A stretch of 64,000 bases of DNA from Ascoidea asiatica JCM 7603 (taxonomy: Eukaryota; Fungi; Ascomycota), in the NCBI GenBank assembly GCA_001600695.1, contig BCKQ01000014.1:120989-184988 (forward strand), given 5' to 3'. Every line of letters begins with the position of its first letter. The stretch's first letter is position 1. Under the pieces are notes generated by a model. That model had not been told where the DNA came from and ran no database searches. It worked only from the letters and a program-made list of their open reading frames with translations. The position numbers and the translations under genes are program-made. Positions 34,901 through 46,027 of this stretch are shown here, one piece after another.

Positions 34901-37900
34901 CTAAAGTTAAAGCAGTTGTAACACAAATACCCACAGTCTTGCCAATAATTGTGGTCAATATATCAATAATAGTTTGTTTTATAACTACCAGGAAAGCGTT
35001 TCTAAATTCAGGAAGTAAAACAAAAGCAGATTGACCACGTAAGGAATTCAAAAGAGAATCTAAACTTGGTGTGATATACTGAAACATAATTGCAACGCTA
35101 TCGCTTTCTACCGGTTGTTGAGGAATATTTGGAAGAGCTGGTCTTTGAACATTCGAAGCTTCCTGTAGAACTTGTTGCCCTGGCAATGTTTGTTGCTGAG
35201 CAAGAAATTGCTGTGATGGTGGCTGAATTACAGGCTGACCTGATGCTATTTGTTGATTAAACATTATTTGAGCTTGTTGAACTGCGAGTGGTTCTTGGGG
35301 AATATTTAAAGACTTTTCATCAACCGATTCTAAACTTCTATCTATTACTAATCTTGCCATATCTCTAGCTACATTCTGAAGGTTCATTTTGTGCCTTAAT
35401 TTATCTTGGATATCATTAGTTAAAATACTAGAAGGAACGATATCTTTGAGTTTGATTTTAAAGTCATTACAAAGAACTTCAATTTCAAACTTTAAGTTCA
35501 ATTTAAGATCAGCACACTCATATAACTCTGCTAAAAGTTTTAAAATTCCTAATGTCCAAGGATTTGGAGGGTTAAAAATAGAAGGCTCTTGAGCTTGGTT
35601 TAAAACTTTGCAAATAAAAGGGATAACAAAAACCAATTTCTTTTGAAAATAGGCTTCAATAAGTAAATCTTTGAATTCAATATTTTTATATAAAATAGGT
35701 AGATCTCTTGCAAGAGTTAAACGTCCAAGCCAAGATCCAAGATTTTTTAAATGAGCTTTTTCTGATGGGGTTTCATTATAATCATTCAAGAGAGAAATGA
35801 TTTGTAAATAAGTAACAATCAAAATATGTTGTTCAAATAATTCAGATTTTAGACCTTCAACTAAAGCACAATATAACGATTGATAATTAGGTTCGACTTT
35901 TGCTCTTGATTTAACCATATAATCTGAAAACCATTTATAATACTTTTCTGTAAGTAACTTTTTAATATCTGGAATTTTTGAAGAAAGATTAGATAAAGTG
36001 ATATTATTTACAATGAACAATAATTTATCTGAGACTTCCTCATCTGGGACTTCTTGAACAGTATCACTGTCAATTTCTGTATCAATATTAACCGACTTGA
36101 AAGCTCTAACTTCTACAACTTCTTCAGTAGATGTTTTAGCATTAGTTGAAACAACAGCTGAAGATGATGAATCATTACCACCATGAATAGCCTCATAAAG
36201 AATTTTATAAATCATAGGTGTTCCTGAAATACTTGAAGATTGTAATAAAAGTGTACAATATTTAGGCCATTCAGAAAGTCTATTTTTACAAGCAACTAAA
36301 GCTTGCATAGTAAACTTAAACATATTTGAATCTGGTTGTTCTCTTGAAGCCTCTAATAAATTATTTAAACAAATAGATAGAGTAAAACCTTTAATAATTT
36401 CAAATTGAATTAAAGATCCAAATAAAAGAGAAGTTAATTGTAAAGGTTCTACAGGATATTGATAAAAAAATTTATATTCATCTAATAATGAATGAATAAT
36501 ACAAGCAAATAAATCTTGTTCTTCAGGTAAATCTGATTCTTTATATTTTTCAAGAATTAATACTAAATCTTTAACAGTATCACTTTTTCCATATAATTGA
36601 CTAAAATAATTTTTCATTTTTTGTTCAGTTTCATCAGTAAATGATGGAGTTGGAGAATCAATTGCTGATTTTAATATAGCTTCATCATGACCATAACCAT
36701 AATTAATAAGTCTTGGATAAGTTTCAATACATTGTTTTTGAATAATTTTAAGTTTTGTAGCTAATTCCGTAGAACCAACAGCATTTGAAAGTTGATCTAA
36801 TAAACTTAAATGTAAATCAACAATTTGTAAAGGTAAAGTTGTACGATATGGAATATTATCTATAGCATAATGATTTTGAATTAATTCATATTCTGTTTTA
36901 GCTTCTTTATCTAAAAAATTATAAATTTTAGAAAAAATAATTAATTTAAAATTAGTTGGATTTAAATTATTAAAGGCAGAAGGAATTGGAATTGAAGATA
37001 ATTGATTCATAATATTATTATTAAAAAAATCTTTAATAACATCAATTTTTCCACCTTGTCTAACATATTCAGCAGAAAAAATTAAAAAATTTTCAAAAGA
37101 GCCTTGCCACAGAGATTTAAAAATAACTTCATCAAGTTTTAAATCTCTAACTAATCTTGTAATTGAAATAAAAATTGCATTATTTGATCTTGTTTCAATT
37201 AATCTTATAAGTAAATTTATAATATGATCAACAGAAGATTTTCCTAAAGAAGAATATTTTTTTAAAATTAAAGTTAAAAATGCAGAAGAATTAACTTCAA
37301 GTAATTTATCAATAATACTATCAAGAAAATCAATAATAAAATCATTTCTTTCTTCAGGTTTTAAATCTAAAGCAGCTATAGCTAAATATTCAGGAGCTTC
37401 AAGAAAATCATTTCTTAAAATAGAAGTAATTTGTGATGAATTTGTATTTGCAGGATTTTTATAAACATTTAAAAAAAATTTAGTTAAATTTAAATAATAT
37501 AATTTTGAACTTTTTTCATTATTAAAAGTAATAATATTAGGAGGTAATAAATTAATTACATCATTTTTAATATTATCATTCATTGATTGAAAAATATTTT
37601 TTAAATTTGAACATTTAAGAAAATTAAAAACACCATCATTTGGATATAAATAATGAAAATGATTAAATAATAATAATTTTAAAGATGGATTAATATTATT
37701 TAAATTTGATAATTTTTCAAGAAATAAATCAATAATTTCATCAGAAATTAAAGATGATAAAAATTGAGAAACAGAAGTATAAGTTGCTTGTAAAATTGTA
37801 TAATTAATATCTTTTAAATAATTTAATAAAATTAAATTTAAAATTATATTCCAATCTGGTTTTAAAATTTCATTTGAATTTAATTTCAATAATAAAATTT

Positions 37901-39206
37901 TTAATTGATTACCAGAATTTAAAGAATCAGATAATTTTTGTGGAGTTAAACTTGTTAAACCATCATTACTTAAAGGAGCTAATCTTTGAGATTTTGGTAC
38001 TAAAACTTCAGATAAAATTATTGCAATACTTTCATTAAAAGAAATTGGATCATTTAATTGTTGTTGAACAATTAATAAATTACCTAAAATTTTATTTGGT
38101 AATAATAAATCATGTGGAATTTGTAAAATTTTTTCTTTAAAAGAATTTATTGTTGAAAATTTTTTTTTTAAATAATCATTTATAATTAATTTTAAATTTT
38201 TTATATAAATAATTAAATTTAAAGATTGAAAACGAGATTCAATATAAAAAGAAATATATAATTTTTCATTTAAAGGTAAAGAATTTGATTGAATTAAAAT
38301 TTGAAAAAAATTTATTAAAGTTTGAGGATTATTTAAATTATGATTAATAAAATTTGGATTTTTTAAAATTTCAAATAATGAATGTAAATTATTAATTAAA
38401 ATATGAGCAGATTGTTGAATTAAATTTCTATCATTTGTTGATTGAATTGAATTTTTATCAAAATTAATTGATAAACTTAAAACAGTTTTTTGATAAGGAT
38501 CTTGATAAAAATGATTTAAGAATAAATCCCATGAATGAAATTTTAAAAAATCAGGTTCAATTAATATTGTATTTGTAAATTTTGATAAAGTTGATAAATT
38601 TGAAGTAATTAAATTTAATTCTTGATAAATTAATTTTTCAGTTGAAGTTTTGAAGCTAATATTTTGATTAATTTGATTATTATTATTATTATTGTTAATA
38701 TTATTTGGATGATTTGAATTTACAATATATGAAGTTGAATTATTAATTAATCTACGTAAGAATTTAGCATAAATTTCCGGAGGATTATTATCACATAAAT
38801 GATGAATTTGTCTTGTAGTTGAATCCCAACGTTCATCATTAATTGAAGAAGCTAATAAAGATAATTGAGCGGTTATAGTAGTATCTAGACCTAAACTGAA
38901 GTTTGAATTATTTGAGTTAGATAAAGATTGATTATTTGATTGTAAATTAATTGGATTAGATTTAATTGAAGAACTATTTGGATTATTTGGGTTAATGATA
39001 TTATTATTATTATTATTATTATTATTGTTGTTGTTATTATTTAGTTGACTGTTATTATTATTGTTAATGTTATTGTTATTATTATTATTATTATTAGAGA
39101 TTGAAGATTGATTTAAACCATTGATTATATTATTATTATTAGATAAAATCGGATTTTGTACCGATTTATTACCTCCTAAAGAAGGAATTAAATTTGATTG
39201 AGACAG
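31992..39206 (-). CDS. CDC39: CCR4-NOT scaffold Not1, about 2404 aa if initiated at CTG 39206
   Basis: Not1 motifs (YPRLINYG, LKNLGSWLG, FNERPYFRLF, LRYPNAQT, PQPWGL). I translated upstream of the tracked ORF: the frame is open to TAA at 39231-39233 and encodes ITAQLSLLASSINDERWDSTTRQIHHLCDNNPPEIYAKFLRRL, resembling the Not1 N-terminus. The gene call is secure; the start position is inferred. Confidence 0.93.
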   Translation of the reverse strand: MSQSNLIPSLGGNKSVQNPILSNNNNIINGLNQSSISNNNNNNNNNINNNNNSQLNNNNNNNNNNNNNNIINPNNPNSSSIKSNPINLQSNNQSLSNSNNSNFSLGLDTTITAQLSLLASSINDERWDSTTRQIHHLCDNNPPEIYAKFLRRLINNSTSYIVNSNHPNNINNNNNNNQINQNISFKTSTEKLIYQELNLITSNLSTLSKFTNTILIEPDFLKFHSWDLFLNHFYQDPYQKTVLSLSINFDKNSIQSTNDRNLIQQSAHILINNLHSLFEILKNPNFINHNLNNPQTLINFFQILIQSNSLPLNEKLYISFYIESRFQSLNLIIYIKNLKLIINDYLKKKFSTINSFKEKILQIPHDLLLPNKILGNLLIVQQQLNDPISFNESIAIILSEVLVPKSQRLAPLSNDGLTSLTPQKLSDSLNSGNQLKILLLKLNSNEILKPDWNIILNLILLNYLKDINYTILQATYTSVSQFLSSLISDEIIDLFLEKLSNLNNINPSLKLLLFNHFHYLYPNDGVFNFLKCSNLKNIFQSMNDNIKNDVINLLPPNIITFNNEKSSKLYYLNLTKFFLNVYKNPANTNSSQITSILRNDFLEAPEYLAIAALDLKPEERNDFIIDFLDSIIDKLLEVNSSAFLTLILKKYSSLGKSSVDHIINLLIRLIETRSNNAIFISITRLVRDLKLDEVIFKSLWQGSFENFLIFSAEYVRQGGKIDVIKDFFNNNIMNQLSSIPIPSAFNNLNPTNFKLIIFSKIYNFLDKEAKTEYELIQNHYAIDNIPYRTTLPLQIVDLHLSLLDQLSNAVGSTELATKLKIIQKQCIETYPRLINYGYGHDEAILKSAIDSPTPSFTDETEQKMKNYFSQLYGKSDTVKDLVLILEKYKESDLPEEQDLFACIIHSLLDEYKFFYQYPVEPLQLTSLLFGSLIQFEIIKGFTLSICLNNLLEASREQPDSNMFKFTMQALVACKNRLSEWPKYCTLLLQSSSISGTPMIYKILYEAIHGGNDSSSSAVVSTNAKTSTEEVVEVRAFKSVNIDTEIDSDTVQEVPDEEVSDKLLFIVNNITLSNLSSKIPDIKKLLTEKYYKWFSDYMVKSRAKVEPNYQSLYCALVEGLKSELFEQHILIVTYLQIISLLNDYNETPSEKAHLKNLGSWLGRLTLARDLPILYKNIEFKDLLIEAYFQKKLVFVIPFICKVLNQAQEPSIFNPPNPWTLGILKLLAELYECADLKLNLKFEIEVLCNDFKIKLKDIVPSSILTNDIQDKLRHKMNLQNVARDMARLVIDRSLESVDEKSLNIPQEPLAVQQAQIMFNQQIASGQPVIQPPSQQFLAQQQTLPGQQVLQEASNVQRPALPNIPQQPVESDSVAIMFQYITPSLDSLLNSLRGQSAFVLLPEFRNAFLVVIKQTIIDILTTIIGKTVGICVTTALTLVEKDFALEPDDNKLIVAARNHVRSVTYEFTHTTCRDAIIEKMNALAMNLLGNSYSEHESQLNIAVGDNIDGILEIVQNAAVFKASHEVEHRLVSQVLLRRQYKAEMQNQPFFSQNASQYALDLPSPLGLKIGGLTEQQLSVYQNFGKGRLVHSAQRQQTQMSMTPQMLKSNVPIQNSPQVIKKIVNGVPIFDAYVPNNNPQNVTSTPVPQAQELAPQTEANSAANVVSSLCKTIDVLVNSLKDMKSQTKFLELPSDHIMKLKANEILAMCATIRINSEQIHTKIAEYIIKCIFSKFESVFCCEVLFFILSQLCELSPTTAKDINWWLLHNDDIRKLNPKVMTSLLKIGIISPAELDSSLTTLVESNDAEGITFASSLVENIVLSTNPVSLRSDFASSIDAIRKVLENSDVKNQAAVLLMNDLKSATGPVLSSDSKITLKEQMRYVFAEWVRLSQHPNVKDDLLHAFIYQLFEKNVFSKADYLTSFFRSAIEYSVSSFLRDTEINNKDRVTNDVFTVTDSLAKLIIKTVILQDSKNDRRMQFFKQVVTIISLEFAYDHENNPTTFNERPYFRLFSAILSEWSDIRVTFEDIVEEKERKDFIALDFSIYLYLADVFNSFQPLMFPAFMFAWISLISHRLFLPVMLEFPDKKSWKKLITLFMSLLRFQSTHIKGKDIPEDIVTSYRGLVQIFIVLLHDYPEFLVEYHYPLCYSIPPSFLQLRNIVLSAMPSSETKSVPDPFGVTLKGIEKIDGIKEIPLIAINPGNDLLKISLKKPIDNYLRVPFSPLLKNILSSIKISTTKKDSGIGFTQTNVDVKLINAIVLYVGINEIEDRLNIEPFYNSKSSHVTLLSNMISESNSSEVQYHLISAIVNNLRYPNAQTLWFTHLILHFFKSNSWGSKKQDIQQLILRVLLERMVTYKPQPWGLVVVFSELLKNNDYGFNELTFTKSIPEVERTFTTFMNHIKAAQLAA

Positions 39207-39853
39207 TTTTAAAAGATATTTTTTAATAAATTATAATAAATTGAATCAATAATAATTTCCAAAAAAAAAAAAAAAATTTTTTTTAAAATTATTATTAATT
39301 TTTGTTTATTTGAATAATTATTCAAATTGTTTTTTTATATTGAAATATATAATAGAATTGAAATGTGATATATTTTTGTTGATGAACTTTATGTTATATG
39401 AGAATATATCAAAAGATAAGATTAATATGATATATTGATGTATTAATGTATTTTAAATAAATTAATATAACTTGTTAATAGTTCTTTTTGAATACATAAA
39501 TGATATTAGAGGTAATGAAAAAGGGTAATAAGAAATAAAGTGAGTAAAAATAAAGATGGATTATAAGTAATTGTGAATAAGGTAATTGTGAATAAAGTAA
39601 TTGAGAATCTTGATGTATTATACTAATGATATATGATTATTATATTATTTATTATATTATATTATATTGTAATTGATTTATTGTTGAATATATTTAATAT
39701 ATTTGATTTATTTAATATATTTGATGTATTTTACAATCGAAATGGAGTAATAACAATAGAAGAGTGCAAGTATTATTCCTGACAACACTCAGCGTTAATG
39801 CTAATGTTAGTATTAGTATTAGTATTGGTATTGGTATTGGTAGCAGCACAGAG

Positions 39854-39912
39854 GTCACATGCTGAGAAACTAGTAGGTCACGTGTGTGAATTATGTAATT
39901 TATTACATAATT
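39854..39912. promoter_or_regulatory. NOT1 upstream motifs: two RTCACRTG (Cbf1-type) and an 11-bp inverted repeat
   Basis: GTCACATG at 39854-39861; GTCACGTG at 39877-39884; AATTATGTAAT-TT-ATTACATAATT at 39889-39912. Confidence 0.5.
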
Positions 39913-40243
39913 GCTTCATTGAACCCTTTGCAGTGGTTCATAAGGAATTTTGAATATCCATGTTACGGATAGCACAATCCGTTTTCAATCCGCTGCTTCT
40001 GTTTCTGCTTCTTCAGATTTTGCTTCTTTTGCTTCTTGTGAATCTTTCTCTATTGAAATTATGGCTAGAGTTCTATATTATAAACTAAATACTAGCATTA
40101 AAGGGTGTTTAAAGTCACTATTAACAGTCTTTATTTCAGATTATTTCAGTATGTAAGGTCAATTTAATACTATATTATTCTATAGATATAATTTCAGTTA
40201 TTAATGTTTCTTTATTTAATGATTAATGATTAATGATTGATGA

Positions 40244-42108
40244 TTAATCTTCTAAAACATCATTTCCATTTTTATTTGCATTTTCAATTTGAATTTGATT
40301 ATCGTTATCATTCTCACTTTCATTATCATTATCATTATCATTTTCATTTTCATTTTCATTTTCATTAATATTAACATTTTCAACAGCCTTTTGTAAATCT
40401 AATTCTAATTCTAATTCTGCATCAATATTAATTTCATTTAATTCTGCATCAATTAATTCTTCATCATATTTACTTAATTCTTCTTCAATTTCTTTATCTT
40501 TTTTATCTTTTTCAATAATTTTATTATATATATTCTCACTTAATTCATTAATTTCTTTTGGTTCTTCCCAATTCATAACTTTATAAAATTTATCAATACA
40601 TAATAAATCTTCATTTTTATTACCAATATTTTTATTACCAATATTATTATTATTTTTTAAAATTATTTCTTCAATATTAATATCTTCAGTTAATTGATCA
40701 TTTTCATCTAAATCATTATTAAAATCTTCAAATAATTTCCAATTTGAATTTAATCTTGAATCACAAAAACATTTAAATTTTAAATAATTTTCATTTTTTA
40801 ATGGACATGTATATATATTTTTTAATTTTTTTGTTGTCCAATTTAATTTTTTATTATTACCTTTTGAATTATAATAACCAATAAATTCATTTAAAAAAAT
40901 TATTTCAGTTTTAAAATCTTTTAATAATAAACTTAAACCAATAGTTCTAATTAAAGAATCTGACCAATTTTCATAATAAATTCCACCTTTTAAATCAAAA
41001 AATTTAAAAAAATTTTCATAAGATGAATTTCTTAAAAAATCTAAATTTAAAATTTCAAAATTTGTATAAAATGAACAATAATTATAATCTTTACCATTAT
41101 TATCACTTAAAAAAAATTTAATTAATTTATTATTTTTAATATTATTATTTAAATTATTTTCATTAATAAATTCATTTGTATAATTCCAAAATTTATTAAT
41201 TGTATAATTTTCAATATTATTAATTAAATTTGTACCAAATTTATAATTTTTTTTTTCAAAATTTTTAAAAATATCAAAATTTAAATCACATTGAAATTGA
41301 ATATTTGGTTCAATTCTCCAATAATATTTATAATTTTTTAAAATATTTAAATTATAAAATAAACCTGAATAAAATCTAGACATATGTCTAAAAGAATCAG
41401 TATTTGTATATTTTGCATTTATAGGTAATTTTGAATAATTTTTTCTAATTTCAATTTTTCTATTTCTTGCTTTAATTTTTTCAATAAAATTTGGATATGA
41501 CCAATAATCTTTTTTATCTAATTGATAAAAAATTGTTTTACCAGATGTAAAACTTCCAATATTTTTTTTAAAAGTTGTAGTAAAAGCTTTATCAGTTACA
41601 AAAATCCAATCATAATTAAAATTATGATTAAATCTATCTTCAACAGATCTTATAGTTGATAATATTGAAAATAAATCATTATTTCTAACTAAAGAAAATA
41701 AAGTTGCATTTGCTCTTTTATAATTATTATAATTATTTAAATTAGGATTAATTGAATAAATTGGATCATAAATAACTAAATCATTATTACCAAAAGGTTT
41801 TAAAATTTTTTTAACTAAACCAAAATGAGTTGTAATAGTTTGATTATCACGATTAAAATTATATTCATTACTAAAAAATTGATAATTATTTTGATTAAAA
41901 CTTTTTTTAAAATTATTTGAATTTTCATTAAAATCAGATAATGAATTTGATATTGAATTTGATATTGAATTAGATTTCTCAAAAGTATTATCTTGATTGA
42001 TATATTCCTTTTCTTCTTCTTCTACTTCATCTTCAATTTCATTATCTTTGTCAGGTTTTGTATCACTTTCTTTATTACTTTCCTTATCACTTTTTATAAT
42101 ATTATTAA

Positions 42109-42166
<58 letters not shown>

Positions 42167-42334
42167 GGGTATATTTATCTGAATTTTATCAGAAATTTTA
42201 TTTTTTAAATTTATTGAATCATTAGATGAAAAAGTATTTGAAAAAAAAGAAATATTTAAAAAACATATTATTATTATTATTGTTATCAGTATTATTTGTA
42301 AAGATTTAAAACTTCTTCTTTTTATTAATGCCAT
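40244..42334 (-). CDS. KRE2/KTR-family (GT15) mannosyltransferase-like type II membrane protein, divergent
   Basis: N-terminal TM; RANATLFSLVRN, VEDRFN..YDWIF, YWSYP, RHMSRFYSG, YYWRIEP, NFEI. Confidence 0.88.
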
Positions 42335-42876
42335 TATATTTATAAATTGTATTTATAGTTTATAACCAATTTTAAAGTTTTTTTGGGATTATATAAATTG
42401 AATTATAAATGATCTAAGATAATTCCAGATTATCTTAGATTTATAAGAAATGAATATAATTACAATTGAAATGAATTTGATGATATAAATATGAATGAAT
42501 ATATTTAATCTTCAATAGTTTTTATTTCATTAAACCAATATATTTCAATATTTTCAATATTTTCCATATTTTCCACTAGTATATTCTACCTACACTCTGT
42601 TTCGCCACCACCATAACAACACTGTTACTCTGTTTCTCAATTTCCAAACATAACACCAGACGCTGCCGGTGCCTAAGCCACCACACCTGCCACACTCTGC
42701 CTCGTCCGGGCTCGTTACTTTTCTCTCTCTTCTCTCTCTTCTTCCTCTTCTTCCTCTTCTTCCTCTTCTTCTTTCGCTCTTCTCAATTCAAATTCATTTC
42801 ATTCCTCAAAAACAGCTGTTTGATCTTCTTCTTCTTCTTCTTCTTCTTTAGACCTCCCCCAGCAGATTATCCCAAA

Positions 42877-43584
42877 ATGTTCTCGTTAACTCCTTGCTTC
42901 ACTCCTTCGAAATCAATTGCTATTCATCTTTCTTCCCTTCGCTGCTTCTACTCTTCAAAAAGACTTCTATCTTCAACAACCTCCACTACCTTAAATACCT
43001 CCACTACTTCAAATGATTCAAAATTAATAATAAATTCAAAAGTAAAATTTGAAAAACAAATAATTTCAATATCTGATTTTAAACAATATATAAATAAAAT
43101 TAAATTAAATTCATGGGATCCAAAAGATTTAATATCTTATTCAAATTTAAATTTAAATTTAAAATTTTTAAATATTAAAAATTTAAAAAATTTATTAAAA
43201 TTATCAAATTTAAATTTTCCAAAAAATGAAAAAATTCAATTAAATTTATTAAATAATTTAAATAATCAAATTCAATTCATTAATAATTTACATTCAATTA
43301 ATATAACTACTTATAATTCTTTAAATTCTTCAAATCAATTAATTAATAATATTCAAATTCCAATAACTTTTAATTCTTTAATTAATGATATTGAAAAAAT
43401 TAATAATAATAATAATAATAACCTTAGTAATAATAAATTAGAATCTGAAAAAAAGGGTGAATTATCAAATTCTTGGAATCCATTATCTTTAACTAATAAT
43501 AAATCAAAATCAATTTCAAAATCTGATAATTTTTATACAATTCATCAATCAATTTCTTCAATTGAATCAATTGAATCAAATTAA
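42877..43584 (+). CDS. GTF1: Mitochondrial Glu-tRNA(Gln) amidotransferase subunit F (GatF)
   Basis: ATG at 42877 in AAAATG context; presequence-like start (LRCFYSSKRLLS); LKNLLKLSNL, LNNQIQFINNLH and KKGELSNSWNPLSL resemble GatF. Confidence 0.7.
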   Translation: MFSLTPCFTPSKSIAIHLSSLRCFYSSKRLLSSTTSTTLNTSTTSNDSKLIINSKVKFEKQIISISDFKQYINKIKLNSWDPKDLISYSNLNLNLKFLNIKNLKNLLKLSNLNFPKNEKIQLNLLNNLNNQIQFINNLHSINITTYNSLNSSNQLINNIQIPITFNSLINDIEKINNNNNNNLSNNKLESEKKGELSNSWNPLSLTNNKSKSISKSDNFYTIHQSISSIESIESN

Positions 43585-43885
43585 TTAAATTAATCTTAAA
43601 ATATACTTTATTTCCCATATACGACATTCATTGTCCTAGAATTTGTACAAACTTACCCTATATATATATACATACCTACATATAATTAAATATATAATTA
43701 AATATATAATTAAATATTAAATTGAAACTAATAAAGAAAAATAAAAACAATGATTAAAACTATTGAGAAAAATTTATATATATATTGTATATTATACACT
43801 GGAGAAAAAAAAAAAAAAAAAAAAGAAAAAAAAATTATCATTAGATCTTTATTTAAAAAGAAGAATTATTACATTTTATTAATAA

Positions 43886-44706
43886 TTAATTAATTAAAAT
43901 ATCATGAATAAGTCCAATTAATTCTTCTTTACTACCTTCTTCTTCATTTTCTTCTTTTATTTCTTGTTCATTTTTAATTCCATTATTGTTATTATTATTA
44001 CTTATATTACTAGATTGATTTCTAATCATATTAATTGAATTTAATCCTAATTTATTAATATTTTCAATTTTTATTTCTTTTTCTTTTTCTTTTTCTTTTT
44101 CTTTTAATTCAATAATTTTATCATAATTTTCATTAAATTCTTCAGGTTTAAAATATTTTAAAATTTCATAACTATTTTTATTTATTCTTCTTTTTTTCTT
44201 AAAAATTTCTTTTTTACTTAATAATGTTGAAATACCTGATTTATCAATTGTATCAAGTTTATAATAATCATCATCTTTTAATAAATTTATATATAAATTA
44301 TAAATTACACCTCTTTCTTCAACTATATATGGTGATAATTTTAATGTATCTGAAATATCTTCAATACTTAAAATTATTTTCCTTTTACGTTTTTTATTAT
44401 TATTTATAAAAATATTTTTATTATTATTTGATAATAATTCAAATACATTTTCTTCATATTTTGATTTTCTATATCTTATAGTATCAATACTTTGTTCAAT
44501 AATTTTTTTTAAATGACAATCAATTGCCATTGACATAATTTTTAAAACATCATTATTTAAATTTCCTAATAATGAATATTCTCTCATGATTCCAATCATT
44601 TTTGATTTTAATATATTTAAATCTGGTAATTCATAACTTTCACTTGATAATAATGTTTGAAATCCATTTTGAATATCTTGAGTAATATTTATATTATTAT
44701 TATTGT

Positions 44707-44738
<32 letters not shown>

Positions 44739-44805
44739 GAATCTGGTTTTTGAATTGAAATTGAATTTGGTGATTGTTTTTGAACAAGATTTAAATTTTT
44801 TGAAA

Positions 44806-44842
<37 letters not shown>

Positions 44843-45458
44843 TATAGTTCCAAGTTGAGGAGTATTAACTTTTGAACCTTTTCCCGTTTTTATATTATTA
44901 TTATTATTATTATTAGTAGTAATAATATTATCATTATCAGTAGATTTTGAAACTTTTTGTTGTTGTTGTTGTTGTTGTTGTTGAAGAAGAAGAAATTTTT
45001 GATTTTGTTGATTTTGAAGTTCATTAATTAATTTATAATCAGGAATTAAAGATTTTCTTGTAAGATAATAAGAAGATTTAAGTGATAATAAATTTTGTTT
45101 ACCATTTTCTTTTTTAATATTTTTAATTCTTCTTCTTTCTTTAACAGATAAACTTAAAATATTTTTTTTTAAAATTTCAGATTGATTATCATTTTTATTA
45201 AGTTTTTTATTTTTATTATTTAAATTATTATTATTATTATTATTATTATTATTGTTATTAATATTATTTGGATCATTATTATTATTATTATTATTATTAT
45301 TTGAATTAATATTATTTGGATCATTATTATTTAAAGAATTAATACTACTATTATTATTATTATTATTATTATTAAAATTTATTATTAAATTATTTTGAGG
45401 ACTAAATCTTATTGAATTAGTTAATATAGATAATAAAAATTGATTATGAAATTTTAAA

Positions 45459-45513
<55 letters not shown>

Positions 45514-46027
45514 ATTTTAAAATTTTTAAAATTTCATTATCATATTCAAATTTTGATAATTTTGCTAATAAATATTTACTTATTAAATTTTGATATTTAA
45601 TCCAATTTTTTTGACCTAAAGAATTTTGAAATTGATTTAATAATGGAATTATATCTATTCTTTTTGAATTAATTATTGGATCATTTATATTTATAATTTG
45701 TTTTTGTTTTTTAATTTGATTTTGAATTTGATTTTGTTTATATTGTTTATGTTGTTTATGTTTTAATTTTGATTTTTCAATAATATTTAAATTATTTGTA
45801 GATAAATTTAATTTTATTTTTGAAGATTTTGTTGATTTTGATTTATTATTATTATTATTATTTATATTATTATTATTTAAATCGAAATTTGAAGAATTAT
45901 AATTAGAAGAATTTGTAACCATTGAATTAGTATTTGAATTTGTAGGATTAGTTTTATTAGAAGTTGAATTATTTATTGAAGTATTTCTATTAGCAAGTTT
46001 ATAATTTAGCTGATGTATTGAAGCCAT
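43886..46027 (-). CDS. HFI1: SAGA subunit Ada1/Hfi1
   Basis: RIDIIPLLNQFQNSLGQKNWIKY..LLAKLSKFE, FHNQFLLSILTN, LSVKERRRIK, ESYELPD..MIGIMREYSL. Confidence 0.88.

Noticed and set aside
39795-39840. TACTAAC-ATTAG on the minus strand as a possible NOT1 intron 3' end
   Set aside because: It lies in a drifting TACTAA/TACCAA hexamer repeat about 600 nt upstream of the open frame, with an in-frame stop in between and no 5' splice site seen.
39854-39884. Point centromere suggested by CDEI motifs
   Set aside because: No CDEII/CDEIII arrangement follows; ordinary Cbf1 promoter sites are more likely.
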